Notes under the pieces: model-generated
Told to the model about the DNA's origin: nothing
What the model saw: only the letters and a program-made list of their open reading frames with translations
Database searches by the model: none
Origin: Mobula hypostoma
Lineage: Eukaryota
Direction: 5' to 3'
DNA length: 64,000 nt
Assembly (NCBI RefSeq): GCF_963921235.1
Contig: NC_086097.1
Coordinates: 82,462,001-82,526,000, forward strand
Shown: piece after piece, positions 48,714 to 62,350 of the stretch
Position numbering within the stretch: position 1 is the first letter of the stretch
Layout: the number at the start of each line of letters is the position of its first letter
Program-made: the position numbers and the translations under genes

Positions 48714-50792
48714 AACGCAAACAACAGGAATTCTGCAGATGCTGGAAATTCAAGCAACATACATCAAAGTTGCTGGTGAACGCAGCAGGCCAAGCAGCAT
48801 CTATAGGAAGAGGCGCAGTCGACGTTTCAGGCCGAGACCCTTCGTCAGGACTAACTGAAGGAAGAGTGAGTAAGCGATTTGAAAGCTGGAGGGGGAGGGG
48901 GAGGGATAGAGCCGAGAGCTGGACAGGTGATAGGCAAAAGGGGATACGAGAGGATCATGGGACAGGAGGTCCGGGAAGAAAGACAAGGGGGTGGGGGTGA
49001 CCCAGAGGATGGGCAAGAGGTATATTCAGAGGGACAGAGGGAGAAAAAGGAGAGTGAGAGAAAGAATGTGTGCATAAAAATGAGTAACAGATGGGGTACG
49101 AGGGGGAGGTGGGGCCTTAGCGGAAGTTAGAGAAGTCGATGTTCATGCCATCAGGTTGGAGGCTACCCAGACGGAATATAAGGTGTTGTTCCTCCAACCT
49201 GAGTGTGGCTTCATCTTTACAGTAGAGGAGGCCGTGGATAGACATGTCAGAATGGGAATGGGATGTGGAATTAAAATGTGTGGCCACTGGGAGATCCTGC
49301 TTTCTCTGGCGGACAGAGCGTAGATGTTCAGCAAAGCGGTCTCCCAGTCTGCATCGGGTATCACCAATATATAAAAGGCCACATCGGGAGCACCGGACGC
49401 AGTATATCACCCCAGTCGACTCACAGGTGAAGAGATGCCTCACCTGGAAGGACTGTTTGGGGCCCTGAATGGTGGTAAGGGAGGAAGTGTAAGGGCATGT
49501 GTAGCACTTACTATAAGTCTACTGACTCTCACAGCTATCTGGACTATTCCTCTTCTCACCCTGTCTCTTGCAAAAACGCCATCCCCTTCTCGCAATTCCT
49601 CCGTCTCCGCCGCATCTGCTCTCAGGATGAGGCTTTTCATTCTAGGACGAGGGAGATGTCTTCATTTTTTAAAGAAAGGGGTTTCCCTTCCTCCACTATC
49701 AACTCTGCTCTTAAACGCATCTCCCCCATTTCACGTACATCTGCTCTCACTCCATCCTCCCACCACTCCACTAGGAATAGGGTTCCCCTGGTCCTCACCT
49801 ACCACCCCACCAGCCTCCGGGTCCAACATATTATTCTCCGTAACTTCCGCCACCTCCAACGGGATCCCACCACTAAGCACATCTTTCCCTCCCCTCCTCT
49901 CTCTGCATTCCGCAGGGATCGCTCCCTACACAACTCCCTTGTCCATTCGTCCCCCCCATCCCTCCCCACTGATCTCCCTCCTGGCACTTATCCGTGTAAG
50001 CGGAACAAGTGCTACACATGCCCTTACACTTCCTCCCTTACCACCATTCAGGACCCCAAACAGTCCTTCCAGGTGAGGCATCACTTCACCTGTGAGTCGA
50101 CTGGGGTGATATACTGCGTCCGGTGCTCCCGATGTGGCCTTTTATATATTGGTGAGACCCGACGCAGACTGGGAGACCGCTTTGCTGAACATCTACGCTC
50201 TGTCCGCCAGAGAAAGCAGGATCTCCCAGTGGTCACACATTTTAATTCCACATCCCATTCCCATTCTGACATGTCTATCCACGGCCTCCTCTACTGTAAA
50301 GATGAAGCCACACTCAGGTTGGAGGAACAACACCTTATATTCCGTCTGGGTAGCCTCCAACCTGATGGCATGAACATCGACTTCTCTAACTTCCGCTAAG
50401 GCCCCACCTCCCCCTCGTACCCCATCTGTTACTCATTTTTATGCACACATTCTTTCTCTCACTCTCCTTTTTCTCCCTCTGTCCCTCTGAATATACCTCT
50501 TGCCCATCCTCTGGGTCACCCCCCCTCCCTTGTCTTTCTTCCCGGACCTCCTGTCCCATGATCCTCTCGTATCCCTTTTGCCTATCACCTGTCCAGCTCT
50601 TGGCTCCATCCCTCCTCCTCCTGTCTTCTCCTATCATTTTGCATCTCCCCCTCCCCCTCCAGCTTTCAAATCCCTTACTCACTCTTCCTTCAGTTAGTCC
50701 TGACGAAGGGTCTCGGCCTGAAACGTCGACTGCGCCTCTTCCTATAGATGCTGCTTGGCCTGCTGCGTTCACCAGCAACTTTGATGTATGTT
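48714..50792. mobile_element. Large fold-back Neptune-type PLE insertion
   Basis: Minus arm 48714-49509, plus arm 49510-50792; 14-bp TSD agc(g/a)gaatagttta at 48700-48713 and 50793-50806; hammerhead motifs at 48817-48852 (minus) and 50696-50731 (plus). Confidence 0.93.
49510..50399 (+). pseudogene. 5'-truncated PLE ORF: RT thumb, Cys-rich linker and GIY-YIG endonuclease, open to the stop
   Basis: YKSTDSHSYLDYSSSHP, QFLRLRRICS, CKRNKCYTCP (Neptune-type linker), VIYCVRCSRCGLLYIGET, EHL, GMN. Confidence 0.9.
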
Positions 50793-51554
50793 AGCAGAAT
50801 AGTTTATCCAGGTTTGAAAGAATATATTTCTGCATTTGAAAAAAAAATGGATAATAAAGGCACAGAATTTTTTATTACCATAAACCTCTGCAATGCTATT
50901 ATTACACATGTAATTCTAGCCTTTCAAATTGCTGATTTATAGTTTATTCACCAGTTTCAGCTTGTCAGGGTAAAAGTTAGATTGACTACTATATTTATAA
51001 GCAATGTGGAGTTTAACCAAGGAAAATACTGGATGCAATAATGGTATTGCTAAACTGTGAATGTCATTCAAAAATGTACAAGATTTAAAAGTTATTTCAG
51101 GAAGTTCAGGAAGCATTTAAGTGCAAGTCCTCCTTCTTGTCAGACTTTACATCATATTTTACTGTATAGCTCCAAAGATAAGGTTGCACTCCTTTGTTTT
51201 GAATTCATTAGCCAGCTATCAACCTGTCAAATTCTTTAACCTTTATAAATACAATACACAAATTGGATCATTCTCTTACTCTTGTAATCTCAAGAGAGGC
51301 AAGAAAAGTCTCAGCATCTTGCTTCAATAGATTAATTCTTATGACTTCAATATGATTTGGTTACCTGGGGTTCCTTTCAACACAGCAGAGAACTGCACCA
51401 GTCTTATATCTTGCATCACTTGCTGTTCAAAGAACACCCTTACCTTGCTTCTAAATTAGGCTTTCACCTTTGTTTCTCGTATCCCATTGTCTTCAATGTC
51501 CAGGAATTGGATTCTTCAATGTCCAGGAGATTGTTTAGTTCCACCAGTGCCATT

Positions 51555-51835
51555 GCACGATAGCGCAGTGGTTAGCACAACGCTTTACAGTACCAGCGAC
51601 CCAGGTTCATTTCCCGTCGCTGTCGGTAAGGAGTTTGTATGTTTTTCCCATGACTGTGTGGGTTTCCTCCAGGTGCTTCAGTTTCCTCCCACCGTCTAAC
51701 GACGTACGGGTTGGTAGGTTAATGGCATTGTAAAATGTCCCTGGATTAAGTTAGGGTTAAATCGGGGGTTGCCAGGCAGCGCGACTCGAAGGACTGGAAG
51801 GGCTTGTTCTGTGCTGTATCTCAATAGATAAATAA
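51555..51835 (+). mobile_element. V-SINE
   Basis: tagcgcagtgg A-box, ggttcatttcc B-box, V-domain. Confidence 0.8.
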
Positions 51836-51940
51836 TCTCTGATGTGATTGCAGGTTAATTTGATAGAGGTAGTTAACATGAAGAAAGCTGTAGTGCAAGA
51901 GAAATCTAGAATACATAATGGAGTCAGTGGTAGAAGCAGA

Positions 51941-53603
51941 TGTAACATTCCGTTATATTGGCTCGTATATGTCTAGGGGAAATCCCACCCAGCACCTGCC
52001 TCAACGCTTCCCACAGTGTCGGTCGCCACCCGAATCAATCCCAAACATCAATTATCAGCCAGCACACCCAGTAAATTTTAACAAGTACACTTTATAGATA
52101 TTACTAATTCTATGACATTAATATAAATTTGATACAGAAAAGGAAGTAATGAAAAAAAGGCGCCAAGACTGATCAAAGTCCAAGTTCTTCGCGCGCTACC
52201 GTTGGAGCTCAATCGATTCCTGATGACCACCCAAATCCTGTCGACTCACAGCTCGGGACCACCCGAAGTGATTGACCGGAGCCTTTCCGCACATCCGCCG
52301 TCCTCCCCGTCTCTCCTCCGACTACCCGCCAAAAACCCCGTCCACCGTCCTCCCCGTCTCTCCTCCGACTCCCTGCCAAAAACCCCGTCTCTCCTCCGAC
52401 TCCCCACCAAAAACCCCCGCACGTCCGCTGTCCTCTCCGTCTCTCCTCCGACTCCCCGCCAAAACGCCCGCACGTCCACCGTCCTCCTCGTCTCTCCTCC
52501 AAGTCCCCGCCAAAAACCCCGTCCCAGTCATATGATACAGCATTGTATTCGAAAACAAAACGATACATGACCATCCATTGGTTAATAGCACCCAGCTATC
52601 TCTAATAACCCAAGCAACTGTTGTTACGTACCCCGTAACTGGGTTGCCAAACCAGCAGAAATGGATCACTCAGTTGGAGTCTGGATTACTAGAACTAAGA
52701 AAGTTTTATTAAAGAAACAAGCAACACAGTACTCTAATCAAAAGGATAATAAATGCAACAGTTCAGCAATGATAAACACTTATGTACACAGAATTAAGAT
52801 AACAGGATCAATCAAGCTCTATCGTTGTCTAGGGGTAAATGACCAGTTTCAAAGAGACGCAAAGTTCAGTTCAATTTAGTTCAGTTCAGTTCGCAGTAAT
52901 TGCTGCCGTGGGAGATGGACAGTGGGGGGAAGGAGAGAGAGAGCAAAACGAATGAATATTCAAACAGCTTCCACACAGACCTTCGACATCCTTCGCAGTC
53001 AGCTTTCGGGCGAGTCCTTTGTGATGTCATCTGAGGTCACCGACCGTGACCCCTCTGTTTCCAGATACGATCGTTTCTCTGCGGTGAACGTGGCACCCAG
53101 GCAAGGGTGGACACACACCAGGTTCCCGCCGATCGTGCCTTTCCACCCTGTGCGTCTATGGCTTGTCCCGCGACCAGCCGTCAAAACTTCCCACCGACTT
53201 GTGGGAGACGCACCGCTTCCAGGGTCTCGTTACCTCGGGGTGTCGTGTGTGTGCTGCCTTAGCGAACCTGTCCCTTTTTATCCCCCTGCAGGGGTATCGC
53301 CTGTCCATCACTTCAAACAGTTTAGGATTCAAAGGGGGAGCCGATCTTGACAGCTCTCCTTCCGTTAAACTCTCCCGTCATTAACATCTCCAAATGCTGC
53401 TCCATTGTTTTCCTTATCTCTCTCTCTCCTGAAGACAGGTGGCAGACCAACTGCTGATCCCACTGGTGCCAGCACAGGACAGCTAACATCTTAATCTATG
53501 TGTATTCTCGTCACACTGTCTAGTTAGAGACTTTCTCAGCATTCCCCAGTATAACATAACAAAGAAGCCATTTTAAATTTAACAAAAAGAAAGACCCCGT
53601 ACA
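51941..53603 (-). repeat. Gypsy 3' LTR (contains a nested solo LTR)
   Basis: Direct repeat of 59463-60344, interrupted at 52622-53515. Confidence 0.92.
52622..53515. mobile_element. Nested solo LTR of a different family (894 bp)
   Basis: tgttacg...cgtcaca ends; TSD ctgt at 52618-52621 and 53516-53519; absent from the 5' LTR. Confidence 0.85.
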
Positions 53604-53620
53604 CTCTGCCCCCCACCAAT
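53604..53620 (-). other. Polypurine tract
   Basis: attggtggggggcagag immediately before the 3' LTR on the element strand. Confidence 0.75.
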
Positions 53621-53625
53621 AAAAG

Positions 53626-56600
53626 TCATGCCCTCATGATGTTAACAGAGTTCACCAGTGCCCCTTGTAAAACACAAAACCCAACCCAGGTACATAAAGC
53701 AGTGACATAACTTTCCAGGGCTGTAGAGATCACACCCTGTTCTCCCGGCGCTGTATAAGTCAACCTCTCCGGAGGGTGCCTACTCCTCTGAGGCCTCTGT
53801 ACTTCCTCTGCTGACTCTCCCTGTTCAGACACCCCAGGTGAGCCCCCGGGCCTATCTGTCAGACCCTCCCCCTCACCAGGACCCCTCAGCCCCTGTGAGC
53901 CCTCTGCCTCAGGTTCTGCCTCCACCCGCTCCTCCCCCAATCCTGGCTGTAATACAGGCGGCTCTGCAACACCATCCCTCGCTTCCCCTAACTCAGTGAG
54001 GGAAGGGCCAGGAGTCTCGTCTCCTGGCACCAGGGAATCAGCGAACGGAAACGGGTACCACATGTCCGAATCATCATCTTCCGGTGACGTATCCCTTTCC
54101 GGGGTGGAGACCGGCCCCGTCTCTTTCGCAGCGGGCTCTTCCCTCGCCCCACGCCCTCGCAGAGTCCTCGTACTAGGCGTAAACTCCCATTCGGGCTCTG
54201 AGTCTACCTGCACCTCTCGACCCAGGGGCAACAGGTGGTTCCGATGGAGTACCTTGACAGGCCCCTTCCCATCCTCTGGTCTCACCCGGTAAACAGGGAG
54301 ATTCGGCATCTGACTCTCTACCACATACGGGGTGGCCACCCAGCGATCCGCCAACTTGTGCTTACCAGGTAGTCCTAAATTCCAGATAAGGACCTGGTCT
54401 CCCGGCAATAGCTGGACGAACTTTACTTTCGGATCATACCTCTTCTTATTCCGCTGGTTCTGCTTGGTGGCTGCCGCCTCAGCCAACTTGTACGCCCTTT
54501 TCAACTCTCTCCTCATATCAGACACATACTTCAGATAGGACTTCGAAGGTATTTCACCCGCTCCAGTCCCAAAACACAGATCAATGGGCAACCTCACTTC
54601 CCGTCCGAACATCAGATAATACGGCGAGTACCCCGTAGCATCATTGCGAGTACAATTGTAACAGTGAACCAAATGGGCGATGTGCTGACTCCACTTACAC
54701 TTCTGACCGATCTCCAGGGTCCCGAGCATGTCCAACAGGGTCCGGTTAAACCTCTCGGGCTGAGGATCACCCTGTGGGTGATAAGGGGTGGTTCTGGATT
54801 TCTCAACCCCAAGCATACCCAGTAATTCATGGATAAGCCTGCTCTCAAAGTCCCGTCCCTGATCACTGTGGATCCACCAGGGAAGGCCATAATGAACAAA
54901 GTACTTCTCCCATAACACCTTCGCCACTGTAGTCGCTTTCTGGTCCTTATTGGGAAAGGCCTGCGCATATTTAGTGTAGTGATCCGTGAGGACCAAGACA
55001 TTCGCGGTGTTGCTGGTGTCTGGCTCAATAGACAGGAAATCCATACACACCAGGTCCAGGGGTCCCGCACTCTGCAAGTGGGATAACGGGGCCGCCTGCG
55101 CCGGCAGGGTCTTCCTCCTGACACAACGGCTACAGGTCTTACAGTATTCTTCAACCTCCCCCCTCATCCAGGGCCAGTAAGACCAGTCCTTGAGTAATCC
55201 ATAGGTCTTCTCTACCCCTAAGTGCCAGGAATCATCATGTAGAGCCTGGAGCACAGTCTTCCGATACTTCTCAGGCATGACCAGCTGCCAGCGCCGGGGG
55301 TGGTCCGGGGGCGATGTGACCCGGTACAGGACGTGGTTCTTCAGCTTCAACCGGGGCCACTTCTTCAGTAGTAGGGGAACGGAGGCATGCTTCGCCTTCT
55401 CCACCTGCCCCATATCCTCCTGGCTAACCGCGTACCAGATAGTGCCAATGCTCGGGTCATCACGCTGAGCCGCCTCCACTTCCTGGGGGCTCAACTCCGG
55501 CAGCTGCCTGTTCCTCAGAGCAGTCACATTACAGTAAACAGTGGGCAGCGCGTCACCTTCAGCCCCCAGTTGATCTACTGCCCGATCCGTTCCCATCTGT
55601 GCTCCTACTTCCCCGTTGCTCCCAACTTGACACATGGCCTTTACTCCCTGGGCGGGGACACTCTTCCACTCCTCGGCCATGCCCGACTCGTCATGCGCCC
55701 AACGAGATAAAGCACCTACATCGATGTTCCGACTCCCCGGCCAGTACTTCAGGCTGAACTCATAGACAGACAAGGCCACCAACCACCGGTGCCCAGTAGT
55801 GTCCAGATTTTGCAGAGGTCAGGATATAAGTGAGGGGGTTGTTGTCAGTTTTCACCTCAAACTTGGCCCCGTATAGATCATCGCTCAACTTGTCCGCCAC
55901 CGCCCATTTCAAAGCCAAGAACTCCAGCTTGTGAGTGGGATAGTTTCTCTCAGATGGCGACAAGCACTGGCTGACAAACGCTACCGGCCTCAATCCGTTG
56001 TCCTGTTCCTGGTACAGGACAGCCCCCAGACCCTCGTGACTGGCATCAGTGTGTAGAACATACGGCTTCCGGGGATCAGCAAAAGCCAACACCAGGGCGT
56101 GCGTCAGTGCCCTTTTTAGAGATTGGAACACCTCCTCACATTGAGTATCCCACCTCAATCCAAAAGGCTCCCCCGGGTTCAAGTATCCTCCTACCTCCGG
56201 CCCTCGGTCTCCCTTCCTCTTCCTCCCCACAGGTGGATAACCACACAACAGCTGGTTCAAAGGGTGACTCATTTTTGCATATCCTTTCACGAATCGCCGG
56301 TAATATCCGCAAAACCCTAAAAACGAGCGTAAGGCGCTCACCTTCTGAGGTCTCGGCCAGGTGGTTACTGCGGCTATCTTACCCGGATCAGTGGCCACTC
56401 CATTTCGCGAGATTATGTGCCCGACATAACTGACCGACGTCTTACAGAACTGACATTTATCCAGGGAAAGTTTTAATCCTTCCTCCTTCAACCGACTCAG
56501 CACCTTCAGCAGCCGCTCCTCATGTTCCTCCAACGTAGATCCAAACACTATCAGGTCGTCCAGGTACACCAATACCTCCAGCAGGTTCATGTCCCCCACT

Positions 56601-58101
56601 GTCCGCTCCATGAGCCGCTGGAAGGTGACTGGGGCCCCCGAGATGCCTTAGGGCATTCGTTCGAACTGGAAAAATTCCAGGGGGCAGATAAAGGCTGTCT
56701 TCTCCTTATCAGTCTCACTCATTGGAATCTGGTAATACCCACTCCGCAAATCTAATACGCTAAACCACTGGGCACCACTCAAACAGGCCAATGCATCTTC
56801 CATCCTCGGGACCGTATATTGGTCGGGAACCGTGCGGCGGTTCAGGGTCCTATAGTCCACGCACATGCGTACCTTCCCATTTTTCTTCCTTGCCACCATT
56901 ATGGGGGACGCACAGGGGCTTCGGGACTCCGCGATAATCCCTGCATCCTTCAACTGCCGCACATCTTCCACATCTGCTGGGGCCAACCGCCGCGACCTCT
57001 CCCTAAACAGGGTGTCATTTGTCACCCGAATGGTGTGCCGAGTGCTGTTGGAACACCCTACATCAAACTCGTCCTGAGAAAAGACATCCCCTAACTTCAG
57101 CATCTTCTCCACTAGCCTGCTCTTATACTCCAGCGGTACAGGGGAGTCTTCAAAACTAAAGGCCTCCTTGGTCAGCCACCCCCTGTTCTCCAATAGTTTT
57201 CCTCCAGTGGGCTTCATGGGGGCGCTGGACATAACCGTCACCGGGAACAAGTGCGCGAGGGGCATCCTGCGCTTAAAAGTGATCTCCCGCTCCGTTATGT
57301 TCCTTACAATCACCCCTATCCGCTGTGCCTGTACAGCTGAGGGCCTCTGCAATTCAGGTCTCACCAGCGCCCCAGCCGGGAACCGGGACTCCCCTTCCAG
57401 GTCGTCGGGGGCGTCTACTAGCAGGGCCTCACCCGCCGGTACTCAGGGGAATCTGGGGGTCCCCATCACTAATGCCGCCTCCCCTGGCCGTATCACCTTA
57501 GGCCTCGCCTGAGTGCACCACACCGTCCCTCGTTTGCACTCAGGATCCAGCCCCTGGGGGTCACCCACTCCTTCGTACACCGCTTGGAACACTGGGTGTA
57601 CCGAGAGGGTCTCCAGAAAGTTCTCCCCCGCCTTCTTCTTACAGGCTCCCAAGAGCCGTCGCACCAGAGGGGAGTTAGTCCCCACTAGCAGGGCAGCACC
57701 ACTGGTTTCCACCGGGTCCGGACAGACCAACACCAGCGTCTCAAAGGCTTCTGACACTTCCACATCTCCCTCCGAAAATTCCAGTCTCACTGACGAGTAC
57801 CCATCGTACGGGTAATCACCATCACTTATGCCCCAAATCTCCAGTGCATTAAACGGAGTTACTGGCAAATGCTTCAGATATTTGTTGTAGAACGACTGGT
57901 ACAGTAAGGTAACCTGCGACCCGGTGTCAAGGATGGCTTTCGCAAAGATTCCCTCTATCCGTAGGGACACGCTGGAACGGGGTCCCACCAGTCCATCCAG
58001 AATTTGAGCTTGTACTTTCTGCGGTTCCATAGCTGTTTTCTGGGAACGTGTTCCTCCCAAGACTCCAGTCCGTTCCCTCACTGAGCCTCTCCTAAGTTTC
58101 C
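53626..58101 (-). pseudogene. Gypsy pol (protease, RT, RNase H, integrase)
   Basis: LDTGSQVT; MCVDYRTLN, LDLRSGYYQI, YLDD; HTDAS, KLEFLALKWAV; H..H/CKTCSRC, HSDQG, ERFNRTL; in-frame stops at 57443-57445 and 56648-56650; frameshift near 55808. Confidence 0.95.
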
Positions 58102-58102
58102 C
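58042..58102 (-). promoter_or_regulatory. Predicted -1 ribosomal frameshift signal (slippery heptamer and H-type pseudoknot)
   Basis: G_GGA_AAC at 58096-58102 in gag phase; 6-nt spacer; stem 1 gaggcucagu/acuggagucuu; stem 2 gggaacg/cguuccc; the -1 frame is the pol frame. Confidence 0.8.
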
Positions 58103-59394
58103 GACACCTCTCCCTTCTTGGTGGCCCGGTGGCCCTCCCCCATCGGAGCATCTCGTCTCTCACAATCCCTCCGCAAGTGACCCACTTCCTCACAGCTGTA
58201 GCACACCCCCGGCCACTCACACTTCCGCCGGAAATGCCTCTCTCTCCCACAGTTATAGCACACGCTACCCGCCGCCTCTCTCCTCCCGATACGCCCCCCC
58301 GGGGACCCCTTGGATTTCTCTGATCTCACCCCGGCTACCACCTCCTGAACCGCTGAAGACCGTCCCCGGGGGTCCGAGCCCCCTGGTCGGCCCGAAGCAC
58401 TCTCCTTTGCCCGTATCTCTCTAATCAGCTGCCCGAATGATGGAGGGGGGCTCCACTTATATGACTGCCGGATACTCCAAGCCACCCTGTCATCCTCCTG
58501 GGAACCACTACATATCCTGCTCATCCTCAACTTCGCCACTTCGTCCGCCCTCACTACCCCTCGGCGCCGCAGCCCCGTAAGCTTCCCTTCCAGCCGGAAG
58601 ATGTATTCTGAGAGCTTTTCCCCTCTTCTCTGCCCCACTTGTTGAAACTCCGCTAAATGTTGCCAGGGATCTCCTGACAGTCCAAACACTTCCTCCAAAG
58701 CGTCCAAACACTCCGACAGGGAAGCCGAAGGGTGTTCCACTCTCAACTCGCGGACCACACGGGCCGCCCCACCCCTTAAGCTTTCCACCAATCGCTGTCT
58801 CTTTTCCTCATCCGAAACTAGTCACACCTCTAACAACTGGGATATATCCTCAACCCAGGTCTCATAGTCATCCTCCCCTTCCGGGGTGGGCCTAGCTCCC
58901 GAGAAAATTCTCAGCTTCGGACGGGGCCCCTCAACCCTCCTCGCCAGGGAGGTAATGGCAGCTGCTAACTCGGAGGTCTCAGCCCTAACTGGGGGATGGG
59001 GCCTGGCCAAGCCTTCCCACTCCACACCTCCACCCCTGGCTACTGGCACCTCCCCTGGGGCCTCATCTAGCTCCTCCTCCGGCACCTCCTCACTTTCATT
59101 CTCCGGGAAGGTGTAGAGACCCCACGGCTGCGCCTCCCCCTGGACGTGGACTGTCGCTAGTAGTTCCAACGTCATGACGTCGGCACTCGTCTGCACCAAC
59201 ATCCAGCTGGACTCCAGTTCCTTCCCACACCTTCTAGCTACAAGTTCTACCTGCCCGATACCTTTAATCAAACTCAACTCTCGCACCAGTACATCTGCCG
59301 GAATGCAATAATCGACCCCGCTTACCACACACGCATGATTCACCGGTACCTCCTCCAATTCACACCAACTTACAATCTTATCTCAATTCATCAT
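58078..59394 (-). pseudogene. Gypsy gag, PNMA-like capsid with two CCHC knuckles
   Basis: VSWCELEEVPVNHACVVSGV, LRIFSG...EDDYETWVE, EKRQRLVESLRG, GEKLSEYIFRLE, CYNC..HFRRKC and CYSC..HLRRDC; in-frame stops at 59383-59385 and 58822-58824. Confidence 0.9.
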
Positions 59395-59435
59395 CGCACC
59401 ACTTAACGCGACGACTATTACAGCTTTACCGAAAA

Positions 59436-59460
59436 TCCAAATCCAGGACGGTAGCCCTCA
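59436..59460 (-). other. Primer-binding site, tRNA-Pro-like
   Basis: tgagggctaccgtcctggatttgga, 2 nt inside the 5' LTR boundary; compare the tRNA-Pro PBS tgggggctcgtccgggat. Confidence 0.65.
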
Positions 59461-59462
59461 CT

Positions 59463-60344
59463 TGTAACGTTCCGTTATATTGGCTCGTATATGTCTAGGG
59501 GAAATCCCAACCAGCACCTGCCTCAACACTCCCCTCAGGGTCGGTTGCCGCCCGAATCAATCCCAAACATCAATCATCAGCCAGCACACCCAGTAAATTT
59601 TAACAAGTACACTTTATAGATATTACTAATTCTATGACATTAATATAAATTCGATACAGAAAAGGAAGTAATGAAAAAAAGGCGCCAAGACTTATCAAAG
59701 TCCAAGTTCTTCGTGCGCAACTGTTGGAGCTCAATCGAATCCGGATGACCACCCAAATCCTGTCGACTCACGGCTCGGGACCATCCGGAGTGATCGACTG
59801 GAGCCTTTCCACACGTCCGCCGTCCTCCCCGTCTCTCCTCCGACTCCCCGCCAAAAACCCCTTCCACATCCTCCCTGTCTCTCCTCCGACTCCCCCCCAA
59901 AACCCCGTCCACCGTCCTCCCCGTCTCTCCTCCGACTCCCCCCCAAAACCCCATCCACCGTCCTCCCTGTCTCTCCTCCGACTCCCTGCCAAAACCTGTC
60001 CACCATCTTCCCCGTCTCTCCTCCGACTCCCCGCCAAAAACCCCGTCCACCGTCCTCCCCATCTCTCCTCCGACTCCCCGTCTTTCCTCCGACTCTCCGT
60101 CAAAAATCCCGTCCACCGTCCTCCCCGTCTCTCCTCCGACTCCCCGCCAAAACCCCATCCCCAGTCATATGGGACAGCATTATCATCCGAAAACAAAACG
60201 ATACATGACCACCCATTGGCTGATAGCACCCTGCTATCTGTATTAACCCAAGCAAATGTCTAGTTAGAGACTTTCTCAGCCTTCCCCAGTATAACATAAC
60301 AAAAGAAGCCATTTTAAATTTAACAAAAAGAAAGACCCCTTACA
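59463..60344 (-). repeat. Gypsy 5' LTR (882 bp) with internal roughly 46-bp tandem repeats
   Basis: tgtaac...ttaca; 8 copies of the ctcctccgact core versus 5 in the 3' LTR. Confidence 0.93.
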
Positions 60345-60489
60345 CAGATATATCTTGATATTTAAGATTAGATTAGGATATGGTTAAAGGAAAAGAACAT
60401 TGAGGGATATAGGATGATGTTGAAATGGGAAAACCTATTTTATGAGGCTAAGTACAAATATATACTGGTTGAACCAAATAGCAGGCATA

Positions 60490-62350
<1,861 letters not shown>

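Larger units (their letters stand above)
51941..60344 (-). mobile_element. Ty3/Gypsy LTR retrotransposon, complete but inactivated
   Basis: TG...CA ends; 4-bp TSD caga at 51937-51940 and 60345-60348; two LTRs; gag, then PR-RT-RH-IN order. Confidence 0.97.

Noticed and set aside
53626..54200. Possible env or chromodomain after the integrase
   Set aside because: Low-complexity E/G/P-rich tail with no signal peptide or chromodomain pattern
59640..60312. ORFs with GGESEERRGG or PPSSPSLLRLP repeats (also 52202-52669)
   Set aside because: Translations of the LTR tandem array
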